From positions 124,001 to 188,000 of the forward strand of contig OZ024744.1 of assembly GCA_964016885.1 (NCBI GenBank): a stretch of DNA of 64,000 nucleotides, given 5' to 3'. Below, piece after piece: positions 1-64,000 of this stretch. How positions within the stretch are numbered: position 1 is the stretch's first letter; each line of letters starts with the position of its first letter. This DNA comes from Eledone cirrhosa. Taxonomy: Eukaryota. The notes beneath the pieces were generated by a model that made no database searches, was not told the DNA's origin, and saw only the letters and a program-made list of their open reading frames with translations. Made by a program: the position numbers and the translations under genes.

Positions 1-69
1 CATTAGTGTTGAAACACGTCATAATTTTCTGTACAGACTAATAGAAAGTGGGTTTGAGATACAACTTAC

Positions 70-61911
<61,842 letters not shown>

Positions 61912-62063
61912 CTAGAAAACATAGACAAAATAATAGTAAAACTGTATGTATATATAGAAATATATATTAAAAATACAGAAAACAGTTATTAGATTAATTA
62001 TCTCTGATATACTGATAAATTCAGCAGATTCGAACACAAAAAAGAATCAAGTTACCACCTCCT

Positions 62064-62128
<65 letters not shown>

Positions 62129-62138
62129 TACATATATA

Positions 62139-62722
62139 GAAATTACATTAATCAGAGTTCAGTTTAAATCATTTATTTGGTTACAATTGTTTCCTCCAAA
62201 CCGAGCTATGGATTCTTCGGAGCAGCTATTTAGTGATTTTTACATAATTGACCACCTTTTCAACACAGGAGACATATAAAAACATATGTATATATTGACC
62301 CACAGTGAGTTGACATCCATCATAATAATATAATAATATGACAATTTACATACATTTATATTAAAGGACAAAATTAAAGTTAAAATAAAAATAAAAATAA
62401 AAATAAATAAAAATAAAAATAAAACATTGGCAGTTTATGAAGATAAAGCAAGAGGAAAGTTTAGAGTAGTCAGTGTACGAAACAGTCTCACGTGTGGTAT
62501 GCACGCGTGTCTTATTTATACAGTTTTATATTGCGGCAGATTGATACATGTAAAACAAGCAGATAAAGCAGGCAATCAATAGCATCATGGGGTCTGTATT
62601 GTTAAAGAATTTTTCTCACACACCTGTACGATATATACGTGTAAGCCCGTTTGTAGAGAAACACCAAAAATATAACAAATGTAACAAATGAGAAGCTAAA
62701 CAGCACCACTGTCCACCACTGT
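62139..62722 (-). mobile_element. Probable PLE pLTR fragment with a degenerate hammerhead (62178-62224)
   Basis: Minus strand: CCGAAGA-atcca...tggag-GAAA-caattg-TA, then AATAAA and (TA)n. Stem I is imperfect. Confidence 0.5.
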
Positions 62723-62924
62723 ATTTATACATATATATGTATATATATGTATAAATACATATATATACATATATAATATATATGCAATAAGAAACACAGT
62801 AAACCGTGTGTCTAATATTACATGGGTTGAAAAACCACATTTGTTTGAAATAGATAACCAAGAAGCAGACAGAATGATAAAATAAAAATATATTATTATA
62901 CAAACCGCCTCAATAACCATTATA

Positions 62925-63005
62925 TCTCTCGGACAGATTATCCCTAATCTGTTTCGCCCTGAGTGTGTTTGGAACAGATAATCCTTGGGCATCATCAGCG
63001 AGAGA
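62925..63005 (-). ncRNA. Type I hammerhead ribozyme, well paired
   Basis: tctctcg-CTGATGA-t-gccc...gggc-GAAA-cagatta GGGA taatctg-TC-cgagaga, with a 7-bp stem I and a 7-bp stem III. Confidence 0.88.
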
Positions 63006-63594
63006 ATCTGATTAAATGCGACAAACACTATGTACCAACGTTCACACAGAAAGATGAAATGTATCACCTCGTGCGCCGCTAGTCAAACGTGGTAAGCGTG
63101 TATTGAACAGAAACAACAGTCCAACACACACAACTTAATAAGCTCGACTTGTGAGGGAGCAGAAATATAAATGAAAATTAGAGTTAACACTCGAAATGAA
63201 ACCCTGTAAGTATTAAGCTCCAAGTATAAATTACTGAGCCGATTAATAATATATATGCTTCTTGGTTAAATATTTCAAACAAATGTGGTTTTTCAACCCT
63301 TGTAATATTAGACACACGGTTTACTCTGTTTCTTACTGCATATATATTATTAATCGGCTCAGTATTTTATACTTGGAGCTTAATAGTTACAGGGTTTCAA
63401 TTGGAGTTTTAACTCTAATTTTCATTTATATTTCTGCTCCCTCACAAGTCGAGCTTATTAAGTTGTGTGTGTTGGACTGTTGTTTCTGTTCAATACACAC
63501 TTACAACGTTTGACTAGAGGCGCACGAGGTGATAAATTTCATCTTTCTGTTTGAACGTTGGTACATAGTGTTTGTCGCATTTAATCAGATTATG

Positions 63595-63667
63595 TCGCTG
63601 ATGATGCCCAAGGATTATCTGTTCCAAACACACTCAGGGCGAAACAGATTAGGGATAATCTGTCCGA
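63595..63667 (+). ncRNA. Type I hammerhead ribozyme (second copy, shorter stem I)
   Basis: tcg-CTGATGA-t-gccc...gggc-GAAA-cagatta GGGA taatctg-TC-cga. Confidence 0.82.
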
Positions 63668-64000
63668 GAGATATAATGGTTATTGAGGCGGTTTGTATAA
63701 TAATATATTTTTATTTTATCATTCTGTCCGCTTGGTTAAATATTTCAAACAAATGTGGTTTTTCAACCCTTGTAATATTAGACACACGGTTTACTGTATT
63801 TCTTACTGCATATACATTATTAATCGGCTCAGTATTTTATACTTGGAGCTTAATAGTTACAGCGTTTCAATTGGAGTTTTAACTCTAATTATCATTTATA
63901 TACATATATATGTATTTATATAAATGGAACTTTTCATTTTCAGGACCACGGCGTCTTAGCTCCTTAATTATACATCTACTACCAAATTTTCCTAATCATG

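Larger units (their letters stand above)
62775..63900. mobile_element. Hammerhead-bearing 470-bp repeat (retrozyme-like or PLE pLTR): one minus copy and about 1.35 plus copies, divergently arranged
   Basis: Direct repeat with period 470 (63262 vs 63732). Sequence at about 62775-63258 is a circularly permuted reverse-complement copy. Confidence 0.8.

Overview
AT-rich eukaryotic DNA, probably from a mollusc or cephalopod. That assignment is an inference from the SINE family and the (TA)n abundance. About 80% of the window looks like a 1.4-1.75 kb satellite with a (TA)n tract between units, and the repeated ORFs in the six-frame track are mostly spurious. On the minus strand each unit carries two small exons with canonical splice sites: exon A (60 nt, ttttctag|...|gtaag) and exon B (66 nt, tttttcag|...|gtaagt). 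Both are phase 1-1 and splice into a stop-free 42-aa repeat, [43 protein letters not shown] count 36 A exons and 33 intact B exons, about 1,446 codons, so this appears to be the interior of a very large repeat-protein gene. Neither end of the gene is in the window and I do not recognise it. The central 29 units (about 15.9-59.3 kb) are nearly identical and free of insertions. The diverged flanking units carry Penelope-like retroelement (PLE) pieces, almost all inserted at the intronic (TA)n: Naiad-type and Neptune-type GIY-YIG fragments, a 1.4 kb inverted repeat, and a 470-bp retrozyme-like repeat. I found eight type I hammerhead ribozyme motifs and two tRNA-derived SINE copies.
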